A DNA stretch of 64,000 bases from Gammaproteobacteria bacterium (GTDB lineage Bacteria > Pseudomonadota > Gammaproteobacteria > Ga0077536), in NCBI GenBank assembly GCA_963662545.2, contig CAXXLL010000003.1, forward strand, positions 2,368,001 to 2,432,000, read 5' to 3'. The notes beneath the pieces are model-generated. The model was given only the letters and a program-made list of their open reading frames with translations. It was not told the origin of the DNA and did not search any database. Below, one piece after another: positions 9,332-17,914 of this stretch. The stretch's first letter is position 1. Every line of letters begins with the position of its first letter. Position numbers and translations under genes: made by a program.

Positions 9332-9656
9332 GGTCGCAAGTTGTCAACAATTGCGCCGATGAGTGCGCGTTGCAGGCGCGAAGCGGTACCCGCACAGCCG
9401 GAGACCCCAACCTCTGCATTATCAGAATACACCTTACCGTTACCGTCTATGCCCGATGAGGTCAGGAAGCGAACGCGCGCGTTACTAGAAATATGTCCGC
9501 TGATGTCGTACCTGATCGGTAGATAGCAAACGCGTCGGTGCTCGTCAGCAGTGCGCTGGTGATCGGCGGCTATTGCCCGGCACCTCGGTTCGAATGGTCG
9601 AGGGTTCGCTTGCCTGATATCTTTGGGCCTAAGTCCGGCTTAAAGACCAAGGTACC

Positions 9657-9779
9657 ATGGCGAAAGTCCATCGCAACTCACTCCAGCCAGGCCATCGCGT
9701 CCACTGGTACGAGATCATCGAAATCCTGGGCCAGGGCGGATTTGGCATTACCTACCTCGCGCTGGATACCAATCTGTGA
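9657..9779 (+). pseudogene. N-terminal stub of a Hanks-type Ser/Thr protein kinase
   Basis: MAKVHRNSLQPGHRVHWYEIIEILGQGGFGITYLALDTNL*: Gly-rich loop (subdomain I) then stop; AAGG upstream. Confidence 0.8.
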
Positions 9780-9832
9780 GAACGAGTCCAAATTATTACA
9801 GTTTAGGGTACCGAACGGGGGCCTAATTTAGT

Positions 9833-10010
9833 TGGCGCGCCCGGAGGGATTGATTCGCAAACAAAGTATTGTTTGCTCACCCCCTGCGGGGGCGCCTGCG
9901 CTTCGCTGCGGCGTCCAATCTCGCTTCGCGAGATTGTCGAACCGAGGACTTCAAACCAAAGCCTCCCACCACGCCAACTAAATTGGGCCCCTAACGGAGC
10001 CCAATTTAGT
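9833..10010 (-). repeat. 178-bp tRNA-linked (RtT-like) repeat unit ending in a copy of the tRNA 3' 19 nt
   Basis: tggcgcgcccggagggatt at 9833 and at 10011 (period 178); 86-nt multi-hairpin module 9852..9937 followed by cgaacc. Confidence 0.8.
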
Positions 10011-10015
10011 TGGCG
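9972..10015 (-). other. ~20-bp hairpin overlapping the tRNA 3' end (possible terminator or processing structure)
   Basis: cgccaactaaattgggcccc / ggagcccaatttagttggcg inverted repeat. Confidence 0.6.
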
Positions 10016-10087
10016 CGCCCGGAGGGATTCGAACCCCCGACCCCCTAGTTCGTAGCCAGGTACTCTATCCAACTGAGCTACGGGCGC
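10011..10087 (-). tRNA. tRNA-Arg (anticodon ACG)
   Basis: GCGCCCGTAGCTCAGTTGGATAGAGTACCTGGCTACGAACTAGGGGGTCGGGGGTTCGAATCCCTCCGGGCGCGCCA, 77 nt, full cloverleaf with CCA. Confidence 0.97.
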
Positions 10088-10159
10088 GGTTTTGCTCGCG
10101 CAGATCGACGCGAGGGCGGGGATTATCGGAGCACCGATCGAGGCTGTCAAATCATCCGA

Positions 10160-10471
10160 CGGAGGGATTATTCCGCACATCCATGTGCTCCACCCTCGCT
10201 AAGGCTCAGGCCAGCCTTCGGCTGTTCAAATTTGTTCCCGACAAATTTGTGATTCGCATACAAAGGATTGTTTGCTCACCCCTACGGGGCGCCTACACGT
10301 CGCCGCGGCGTCCACAAAATCGTCTGGAACGATTTTGAACATCACGTGCCAGCGTAATGGCCCGTAGGGCGAGCCACATGGACGTGGCGAGTAATCTCGC
10401 TTCGCGAGATTGTCGAACCCCCGACCCCCTAGTTCGTAGCCAGGTGCTTTATCCAGTGGCGTTACGGGCGC
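10160..10471 (-). pseudogene. Degenerate tRNA-Arg(ACG) copy split in the T-loop by three nested structured modules
   Basis: 10414..10471 matches tRNA nt 1-58 with 7 substitutions (D-arm broken); 10160..10169 is the 3' T-arm piece; a 244-nt insert lies between them. Confidence 0.85.
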
Positions 10472-10605
10472 GGAAAGTTGGGGGGCTAAAAGTAAATTTC
10501 CTCGAGTTACAGAATCGCTTCATGCGAATCCCGGCTTCTTGGATGTTACGCGCAGGCGTGATGAAACTACTCGGACGGCGAGGCGAAATTCCTGAGCGCA
10601 GGTGC

Positions 10606-11172
10606 TCAGCCATTAATTACATAAACCCATTCCCGCGGTGTCGTGGGTAGCGCAATTGGCGATACTCGAGCAATGTCACGAAGCGCTTTGCGTGAACATT
10701 GCGCGTGCCAACTGTTTTGAGCTTTGAGGGTTTCCGCTGCAGCCACTCCTTCCCGTTCCCGTGTAGTGATCAATGCCACGGACAACTCGACGCAGCGCTC
10801 GTAGTGTGTGTCGGAAAGCCCGGGATAGGGCGACTGAGCGTGCATATTCTGGCGCAGCCAGGCAGCAGCGACTATCACCGCGAATCCGCAAGCTATCGTC
10901 GCCGCAATCACCCAGGGTGGTGTCGTGAGGCGCTGATCGCACAATGGACAATTGTTGGCGTACACGGGTACGGGCTCTCGGCACTGGGTACAGGGTCGCG
11001 TGCGGACACTTCGGTGAGCGCGAAAAGATCGTCTGCGCCGTTCTTTCTCTTTTACGAACTCAGCCTTCCGGTAAACAGCGCCGCATTTCGGACAGGTGTC
11101 CGGCCGGTACCGGCCGTTGTCGTTCGAATGCCTTATGTAACGGCAATTGGCGCAGCGTATCCAGTCCCCCAT
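10606..11172 (-). CDS. Double zinc-ribbon membrane-anchored hypothetical protein
   Basis: Four CxxC motifs (CANC, CPKC, CTQC, CPLC) then one TM helix; 10 nt downstream of pilE. Confidence 0.7.
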   Translation of the reverse strand: MGDWIRCANCRYIRHSNDNGRYRPDTCPKCGAVYRKAEFVKEKERRRRSFRAHRSVRTRPCTQCREPVPVYANNCPLCDQRLTTPPWVIAATIACGFAVIVAAAWLRQNMHAQSPYPGLSDTHYERCVELSVALITTREREGVAAAETLKAQNSWHAQCSRKALRDIARVSPIALPTTPREWVYVING

Positions 11173-11182
11173 GGCCTGCCCT

Positions 11183-11653
11183 CTACCAGCAGCTCGTAGG
11201 ATCGCTGCCGGTCGCGCTCTTGGCGCCGCTCGAATTGATGGTCAACACAGCGCAATCCGCGTCGTCCGTCTGCGAGCCCAGCGGTGTGGCACGCATGGCA
11301 TAACAACTCGATATAGCGCAGCCCGCCGTCGGCGTATCGATAGATAGCGTGTAATATCCGTTCTCCGAGGTACTCGAAAAATCAAGTTCGGACAGAACGT
11401 CCGCGTATTCCTTGTTATTAAGGAAGAATTGCTCCTGCCGAGATAAGGCGTCCATGAGTTCTACGCGCGCATCAGAGCGCGCAGAACGTATCGCCTGGTT
11501 ACGATAGCTTGGGTATCCGATCGCCGCGAGAACTCCCACGATAACGACGACGATCATGAGTTCCATTAGCGTTACGCCGCGCTGGCTCGATCTGGCGCGT
11601 ACGATTTGATTTGAATACCCGCTGATTGAAGGTGCGACAGATCTATTTTTCAT
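11183..11653 (-). CDS. pilE: Type IV minor pilin PilE
   Basis: RGVTLMELMIVVVIVGVLAAIGYPSY; C-terminal disulfide region ending CW. Confidence 0.92.
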   Translation of the reverse strand: MKNRSVAPSISGYSNQIVRARSSQRGVTLMELMIVVVIVGVLAAIGYPSYRNQAIRSARSDARVELMDALSRQEQFFLNNKEYADVLSELDFSSTSENGYYTLSIDTPTAGCAISSCYAMRATPLGSQTDDADCAVLTINSSGAKSATGSDPTSCW

Positions 11654-14600
11654 ACCAGTACGTTCTCCATGCAGTCGTAACGTCCACTTTCTGGATGTTT
11701 TGACCGGCTTCCTGGCCCTGAACTAAAACGTAATCGTCGCCGACTGGAACCACTTCCACCGGTATGCCCCCGCTGCCGAGCGAGTCTGAGCGGTCGAGTG
11801 TCACGTATCCTTCGTCGTTCGACAGGTCATAGTTGTACACGGGTTCTGCCTTTTGCAGGGAGATCGCGTACTGCAGGCCGCTGCCCTCGCTGAGCCCGCA
11901 GGATCCGGCACCCGAGCTTGGGTAAAACGACGTGAAGAAAATAGTGCCGCCCAGGGTGATCGCGTTGGCGAGATTTTTCTCGCCGGTTGCGCCCAGGCCC
12001 AGACGCCAGCCGTATTGCGTGAGATTGTTCTGCGTCGTCGCATCACAATTGCCTGCCGTGACGCAATCAACCGTCAGATCGGCAAGCTCGTTGGGTGTCA
12101 GCGTAGTCCCCGATGGCGCTCCGGTCTGCGTAGCACGATCCTTGATCATGAAAAACCAGTTTTCGACGTCCGTGTCGAGCGGATCTTCGCGATCGCCCGA
12201 TCCGATGACCACGGCATCGAAATTTCCGCTACCGTCGCGGGTCTGAACGATATCGGGACGGTTGAAGAATCGCAGATCGTTGCTGGCCGAAGAATCGAAG
12301 TGGCGCCCGGCGTTGAGTAAAATGGTAAGCGTCCACGCGCTGCGATCGTCGCCGGGGAAGTCGCCGCGCCATACGCGCCCGCCCGTATCCCCGAAGTAAA
12401 TCCGGTCCACGATACCGTCGCCATCCGTATCGCCGGCGGCGATCTGCGCTGGGATGCTGTCGTCGAGTTCCGGATGCATGTAGGTCTTGTTCGCACTGAC
12501 ATAGGTTTCGGTCGCACCCTTCTTTGCTTTCCAAATCAGGCTCCCCGTAAGCGCGTCGACGATGAAGACCGCGTTGCCCTCGTCGTCGTCGGTACCGCTC
12601 GAGCCGTTGCGGTTAGCCGCGTCCTTGCCAAGATCACCGGTATTATCGCCTTCGTCGTCGCCGTTATAGCCGCCGCCGAAGATCAATACCGGCTGGGCGC
12701 CCGCCCCGACGTCGATCCGAGCCGTTATCGGCGTCGACCAGGTCTGACCAAGCTCCGTGAAGTTCGAGTCGGATTTGTTGACGGACCACATGAATTGCGG
12801 TGCATCGGGATCAGTAATATCGAGCGCGTAATAGGATTTACCGCCGCGGCGCAGGCCGACAAACGTATAAACCTTATCGCCGTCCGCCGGTTCGATGTTG
12901 CCATCGAGGTCGTTATCTATGGTGTAAACGACGGGCGAGCCGTCAAAACTGATCGGGTGTACCGGCGTGCCCACCTGAGCCAGGCGCAGTCGGTCCTGGT
13001 ATGCCAGTGCTTCTTCAGGAATGAACGCCCAGACCTCGGCTCCATCTTGATCGCCCGCGGTGTCCGTATTAAGGAACATATGCAGTACGCCGTCGGTGGT
13101 TGCCATCAGAACACGGATATCCGGGTTAGCGGCCGTGTACCCGCCTCTGATGCCGTAGTTGATCGGGCGCGGGCGGGAATGCAGGGGATCGCCGAGGTAC
13201 CAGCTCCGCACGGTGGTCGTATCATTGATGTCGATCGCGGTGAAGCCACGGACGAATCGCAGGTCATTGATCGCACGGTCTTGCTCCGCACTCGTCGCCG
13301 AGGCATACGGTGACGCCGACGGCGCCGGGTCCCATTTCGACGTCAGTTCGGACCACAGTGCGGTGGCGGTCGCGGAATCGCCGTTGACTTCTCTCAAACC
13401 ATCAACGACGTCGGAGGAATCTTCGGTATAGATCTGACGGGCACCGCTTTGCGCATTCAGCAGTCCCGGCGCCTGCGCGATGAATCCTGGCACGTTTTGC
13501 CCGGCGCCGCCTCGTTGAATTGACCTGCCATCGGCGCCGTCGACCTCGTCGCCCGTGGCCGCCGGCAAGGTGGCAGGATCCGTCCAGAAAGTAACCGATT
13601 CACGTTTCAAGCGCCCGTCGATATCGATGGCATTGATACCGTTGACGTCTTGCAACTCAGGATCACCTGTCGATGCGTTAGTTCCGATGACGACCTTTTT
13701 CAGATTGCCCGGCCAGAACGGCAGACCGTTCTCGTCCGCTTCAAACAGAGCCAGAAACACTTCATTGATAATCTGCGAACGATTGAAGACATTGACCGGC
13801 ACCGAGGGGGCGACGAAAGTCGTGCTGACGCTCAGAATACTGTCAAAAATCGAGTTCAATGCGTCGACTAGAGTTTCGGGATCGTCACTCAAGGACAGAG
13901 GTACGCCGGTGCCACCCGCCGTGGCGTAACCCGTGGTCGTCGTATTGATCTTGGTGGGGTCGACAACGAAATAGGACACGACATTCTGCTGCCCGTCGAT
14001 GTCCGCCACCGTGCCGAAGCTACCGTCACCGAGGTCGACGTCGTTCATGTACTGGATGACGGTATCGAAGCTGTTGGTGTTGCCCGAGAGGTTGATGCCG
14101 GCCATTCCACCGTTCGCCTTGGTGTCGGTGATGGCATTGTCGGAATCGTCTTCCTGCTGAGAGACCTGAAACATCAGGTTGATGACGTATATGCGCGTGC
14201 ATTGATTCGCCGTAGACAGCGGGCTGAGATATCTGACATTGTTGCCGCCGCCTGTTTCTATGCTCGTATCCCAGGCTAAGGCCGGGCGATCGACATCGAG
14301 GTTATTTGTATCGTTCGGACCGTCCCCGAAATCGACAAAGCCGTTGTGCCCGTTATAGACATCCTGGCCGGTAAGATAGCGGAACAGCTCGAAATACAGT
14401 TCCTTGCCCTGATATGGATGGGAATCGTTTCCCTGGGGATCGGGGATGGCGTCGAGCAGGGCAGCCAGCGTTACCTTGTCAGCATCTTCCCCCGCCGTTT
14501 GCCAGGTGCCGGGGTCGTCGCTACCGGCCTGCATCGATTCGAATCCGAACGGGATGTAGGCGCCGTTGCTGCATTTGTTACCGGGAGGAAATCCTTCGCA

Positions 14601-14969
14601 GTTGTTTTTATTGGAATGGTTCAGCATAAAACCGATTTGCACGCCACCGAGCGGATCGAAGACTTTCTTGAGAACCGCGCGCAGTATGTCGAAAAACGTA
14701 CTGGACGATCCGCTTCCCGCTGCGGACCCGTCCGTGAGATACCCGTCCGCCCTCATATCGTCGCAATAACTGCCGACGTCGCATCCTACGGTTGATCCCA
14801 AGCTTGGGCGCCAGTCGAGCACGAACATGACCAGCGGTTCGCTGCCGACAGGGACCGACGGATTGAGGTAAATGTCGGTATCGTCCGCCAAGTTCGTCGC
14901 CGGAAACCCGGCCAATAAGCACGCTGCAAATAAAAGCGAACGTAGCCGAATTATTCTTTCGTTTTTCAT
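11643..14969 (-). CDS. pilY1: Type IV pilus tip adhesin PilY1
   Basis: Signal peptide + DDTDIY; WPGNLKK, LGDPLHS, EVWAFIP, GLRRGG..YYALDITDP, LGQTWSTP, Ca-binding DTDGDGIVD; start 14969 (TGATG overlap) or 14975. Confidence 0.93.
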   Translation of the reverse strand: MKNERIIRLRSLLFAACLLAGFPATNLADDTDIYLNPSVPVGSEPLVMFVLDWRPSLGSTVGCDVGSYCDDMRADGYLTDGSAAGSGSSSTFFDILRAVLKKVFDPLGGVQIGFMLNHSNKNNCEGFPPGNKCSNGAYIPFGFESMQAGSDDPGTWQTAGEDADKVTLAALLDAIPDPQGNDSHPYQGKELYFELFRYLTGQDVYNGHNGFVDFGDGPNDTNNLDVDRPALAWDTSIETGGGNNVRYLSPLSTANQCTRIYVINLMFQVSQQEDDSDNAITDTKANGGMAGINLSGNTNSFDTVIQYMNDVDLGDGSFGTVADIDGQQNVVSYFVVDPTKINTTTTGYATAGGTGVPLSLSDDPETLVDALNSIFDSILSVSTTFVAPSVPVNVFNRSQIINEVFLALFEADENGLPFWPGNLKKVVIGTNASTGDPELQDVNGINAIDIDGRLKRESVTFWTDPATLPAATGDEVDGADGRSIQRGGAGQNVPGFIAQAPGLLNAQSGARQIYTEDSSDVVDGLREVNGDSATATALWSELTSKWDPAPSASPYASATSAEQDRAINDLRFVRGFTAIDINDTTTVRSWYLGDPLHSRPRPINYGIRGGYTAANPDIRVLMATTDGVLHMFLNTDTAGDQDGAEVWAFIPEEALAYQDRLRLAQVGTPVHPISFDGSPVVYTIDNDLDGNIEPADGDKVYTFVGLRRGGKSYYALDITDPDAPQFMWSVNKSDSNFTELGQTWSTPITARIDVGAGAQPVLIFGGGYNGDDEGDNTGDLGKDAANRNGSSGTDDDEGNAVFIVDALTGSLIWKAKKGATETYVSANKTYMHPELDDSIPAQIAAGDTDGDGIVDRIYFGDTGGRVWRGDFPGDDRSAWTLTILLNAGRHFDSSASNDLRFFNRPDIVQTRDGSGNFDAVVIGSGDREDPLDTDVENWFFMIKDRATQTGAPSGTTLTPNELADLTVDCVTAGNCDATTQNNLTQYGWRLGLGATGEKNLANAITLGGTIFFTSFYPSSGAGSCGLSEGSGLQYAISLQKAEPVYNYDLSNDEGYVTLDRSDSLGSGGIPVEVVPVGDDYVLVQGQEAGQNIQKVDVTTAWRTYWYEK

Positions 14970-15439
14970 CAACATTTCGGCCCCAGTAATAAATAACCTT
15001 GTCTAACCGACGATGCGCCCCGCCCGGTCGGAAGACGATCGATATCGGCGCCCACCCGAAAGGAAAATGCCGAGTAGGCCAGCATGCTGGTGCCCGATGC
15101 GATTCGCGGTGGCAAGCCGCAATCGATCGTGCGTTCCGCGTCGGCCGTGATCGATTCGCCGGCACTGATATCGACGGTGAAGGGTGTTCCCGTCAGCGTG
15201 ACCGATGTCACCTGGTTGAGAGGACCGGTCATCGGAAGGTTGTTGGTGTCCGAAATGGCCACGTCGACGGCGGCCTGGGCGGTTTGAAATGCATTCATTT
15301 GCTCCTCGACGTTGCGCGATATCCGCAGGCCCATCGAGGCCGAATCGACACCGGCGACGGCGATCAGAGTCAGCGAAGCCAGCATCACCAGCGCGATCAC
15401 CAGCACGGTTCCGGATTCGCGGTACACCCGTTTATTCAT
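14969..15439 (-). CDS. pilX: Type IV minor pilin PilX
   Basis: SGTVLVIALVMLASLTLIAV (no Glu5), AFQTAQAA; position in operon. Confidence 0.88.
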   Translation of the reverse strand: MNKRVYRESGTVLVIALVMLASLTLIAVAGVDSASMGLRISRNVEEQMNAFQTAQAAVDVAISDTNNLPMTGPLNQVTSVTLTGTPFTVDISAGESITADAERTIDCGLPPRIASGTSMLAYSAFSFRVGADIDRLPTGRGASSVRQGYLLLGPKC

Positions 15440-15446
15440 CTTGGCC

Positions 15447-16412
15447 TCAGTTGAGCGCGGCCAGGTTGACGGGATTGCGTAATTTCACCGTCGTGCTGAA
15501 TACGCGACGATAAAAGTTGTCGTTCGCCGCGGCAACGCTCAGATCACCCAAGGTATAGGTTTTAGCGTTAACGTATTGGGGATCGCCCGTCGCGGCACGC
15601 ACCAGGACGTAAATGCGCGCGGTGACGACCTGACCCATCTCAGCGGCCACAGGATTTGCCTTGTATTGGTTTGCGACGCCGTCCGCGTCGGTATCGAGTC
15701 CGAATTGAACGTACATCTGCTCAACGCCCTCCGCGAGGCATTCGTCGCTCGTCACTGCGCCGAATGCGAGCGCGGAGAGAAACAGGCGGCAGAGATAGGG
15801 TGTGCTGCCGTCATCCCCGATGTAATACACGAACGGCGTGTATTCCCAATCCTGATACCCCGCGGGTAACGCCGGTGTCGTTCCCGATACATATTGGATG
15901 AAACTGCCGACCGAGCCATTCGTGCGAATATAAACAACGTTGTTCTCTTGCCCTGACACCAAACCGGTTCCAACCGTATGTTTGATCGCCAATTGGTTCG
16001 TGCCCGTGCTAACGGTGCCCGTGAGCGTTCCGCAGGTCCCGCTGGTAATATCGAATTGCGTCACCGCGGGTGATCCGGTTGGGTTGTTGAATTGAACGGC
16101 TTCGGCGCCGTCGAAGAGGTCGAGGCCGCAATCTTCTCCCGCGGTCAACGCCGATGAAATCGCCGCGGGATCGAGCAGCTCGCCCCAGAACGAAATCATC
16201 CGCAGATCCCGTGAGATCATATCGACCGCGAAACGTCCGTTTTCGACCATTCGCAGGTAGCGGTCATCCTCTGCGTAACTCTTGCTCCCCTGTACGTAAA
16301 GCGCCCCGATACCACTGGTTATGAGCAGACCGAGTGTCGCCGCGACCATCAATTCGATGATCGTGACACCCGCCTGTCGGTTCCTCCTCATCTCGGTTGT
16401 CACGCGTTTCAT
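15447..16412 (-). CDS. pilW: Type IV minor pilin PilW
   Basis: AGVTIIELMVA; ENGRFA; LAEGVEQMYVQFGLDTD; RRVFSTTVKLRN. Confidence 0.92.
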   Translation of the reverse strand: MKRVTTEMRRNRQAGVTIIELMVAATLGLLITSGIGALYVQGSKSYAEDDRYLRMVENGRFAVDMISRDLRMISFWGELLDPAAISSALTAGEDCGLDLFDGAEAVQFNNPTGSPAVTQFDITSGTCGTLTGTVSTGTNQLAIKHTVGTGLVSGQENNVVYIRTNGSVGSFIQYVSGTTPALPAGYQDWEYTPFVYYIGDDGSTPYLCRLFLSALAFGAVTSDECLAEGVEQMYVQFGLDTDADGVANQYKANPVAAEMGQVVTARIYVLVRAATGDPQYVNAKTYTLGDLSVAAANDNFYRRVFSTTVKLRNPVNLAALN

Positions 16413-17017
16413 TCGATGAACGTCTCTACCAGCAGCACACGGCGAAGCACGTCTGCGTCGCCGTCACTGTCATAGCGGCCACTACCCGCGCCGCAGTTGC
16501 TGCTCGTCGGGTTGGACAAACGGGTCATGCCCCGCCACGCGAGCGTAACCGTCATGAAGCCGGGCGTCACAAGCGGACCGGTGATACAGACTGTCGGCGC
16601 GACCAGACCGCCCGTCGCCGTCGATCCGCTCGTTTCAGCGACACCCGCCAGTGCTTGCGAGAATTCGTACAAGTCATACATCGCCAGGTTTGCCGTGTCA
16701 CAAGCGGCCCCCGCACAATCGGTAGCCGTGATGCCGTCGCTGGCAGACAGCGTGATAGTGCGGCCGAGTCCGCCGTTGGTGTACACCGTCAGCTGGTCGT
16801 CATTGGCCCGGACCCGCTCGAGCAGTTCTTGTGTCATGAGGCTGGCCGTCGTGCGCTGCACGGCCTCGAAGTTCGTGCGTTTACTGATGATCTGCAGCCC
16901 CGCGATCCCCATCATCGACACCGCGAGGACGAACAGCGCGACCATGACTTCAATCAATGAGAATCCGCTGCAGCCGTTTGCACGCCGTGAACGCTGCCGG
17001 GTATCGAAACCAACCAT
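16409..17017 (-). CDS. pilV: Type IV minor pilin PilV
   Basis: GFSLIEVMVALFVLAVSMMGIAGLQ; LERVRAN; LAMYDLYEF; start trimmed to ATG 17017. Confidence 0.92.
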   Translation of the reverse strand: MVGFDTRQRSRRANGCSGFSLIEVMVALFVLAVSMMGIAGLQIISKRTNFEAVQRTTASLMTQELLERVRANDDQLTVYTNGGLGRTITLSASDGITATDCAGAACDTANLAMYDLYEFSQALAGVAETSGSTATGGLVAPTVCITGPLVTPGFMTVTLAWRGMTRLSNPTSSNCGAGSGRYDSDGDADVLRRVLLVETFIE

Positions 17018-17024
17018 GGACGAT

Positions 17025-17612
17025 TTAGCCCGTCGGGGCGCAGTTTGCCAGCGGAGACGCGAGCGTGCCCTGGTCGAGCTTCGGCCGGCCGACGAGGGCG
17101 ACGCTGATTTCACGCCCGTAGGCCTCTCCGCGGTCGTCGCACAGGGCATAGCGCGCCGCGCCGGTTTCATTCAGCGTGCCGTCGGCACGGTATACCAGGT
17201 AGTTATTGCCGGAACTGTTACTCGTGACTCCGATTTGCGACGGTGTGGCCTGGCCGACGTCGATGAGAATATCAGTGCCGAGATCAAAGTCGTCGTCGGA
17301 GTCTTCGGCAACATAGACCAGCCAACCGGTGGACCAGTCCTTGTTCGACCCGCCGCAGGTCGGTGTAGCCGCATTCGGGTTCGCGGTACGGCACAGAATG
17401 ACCCGGCTGCCGCGCTTGATCGCCTCGCTGCGAGCGAGCGCCATCGAGCCCATCATCTCCAGTGCCTGCCCGCGCATGGCGGAGTTCTTGGAAAAGGTTC
17501 CGAGGGAGGGGACCGCAACGGCGCCCAGCGCGGCCGGGATCGCCACAGTAATCATGATCTCGAGTATCGTGAAGCCTGCCTCACACGGCTTCGGTGTTCG
17601 AAAATTGCGCAT
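17025..17612 (-). CDS. fimT: Type IV minor pilin FimT/FimU
   Basis: AGFTILEIMITVAI; ALARSEAIKRG; DWSTGWLVY; AGGAG RBS before ATG 17612. Confidence 0.9.
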   Translation of the reverse strand: MRNFRTPKPCEAGFTILEIMITVAIPAALGAVAVPSLGTFSKNSAMRGQALEMMGSMALARSEAIKRGSRVILCRTANPNAATPTCGGSNKDWSTGWLVYVAEDSDDDFDLGTDILIDVGQATPSQIGVTSNSSGNNYLVYRADGTLNETGAARYALCDDRGEAYGREISVALVGRPKLDQGTLASPLANCAPTG

Positions 17613-17914
17613 TCTCCTGCACCCCGCTAGATGGCCTTGGGGATCTAATTCGGCAGATCTGCACGGACCCTTTAGGACTATATCGCCTGAAATCGGGATG
17701 CCGTTCACAATTTGCGGCCCCCGGGAAGAAAGGATTCCGGGCGGATACGCCTGCGAAGGCCATTCGGGAAGCGTCAAAGTTTCGCTTGGAAGCGTTCTTT
17801 ATGCCGCCTTGTTACCTCGCGTTTCTTTCACTGAGCTACGCGCAATGTCTTACTCGCGCAGATGCTATCTTGGCCTGTGCGCCCGCATGGTCTGGAGTTC
17901 GTACTCTGCGCCAA

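Noticed and set aside
9833-10471. tRNA-linked repeats read as a CRISPR array or a group I intron
   Set aside because: No regular repeat-spacer period and no cas genes; the inserts are too short, lack a group I core and lie in the T-loop rather than the anticodon loop.
9803-10650. ORFs 9803..10180, 9873..10055 and 10357..10650
   Set aside because: They translate tRNA and repeat sequence, not protein.
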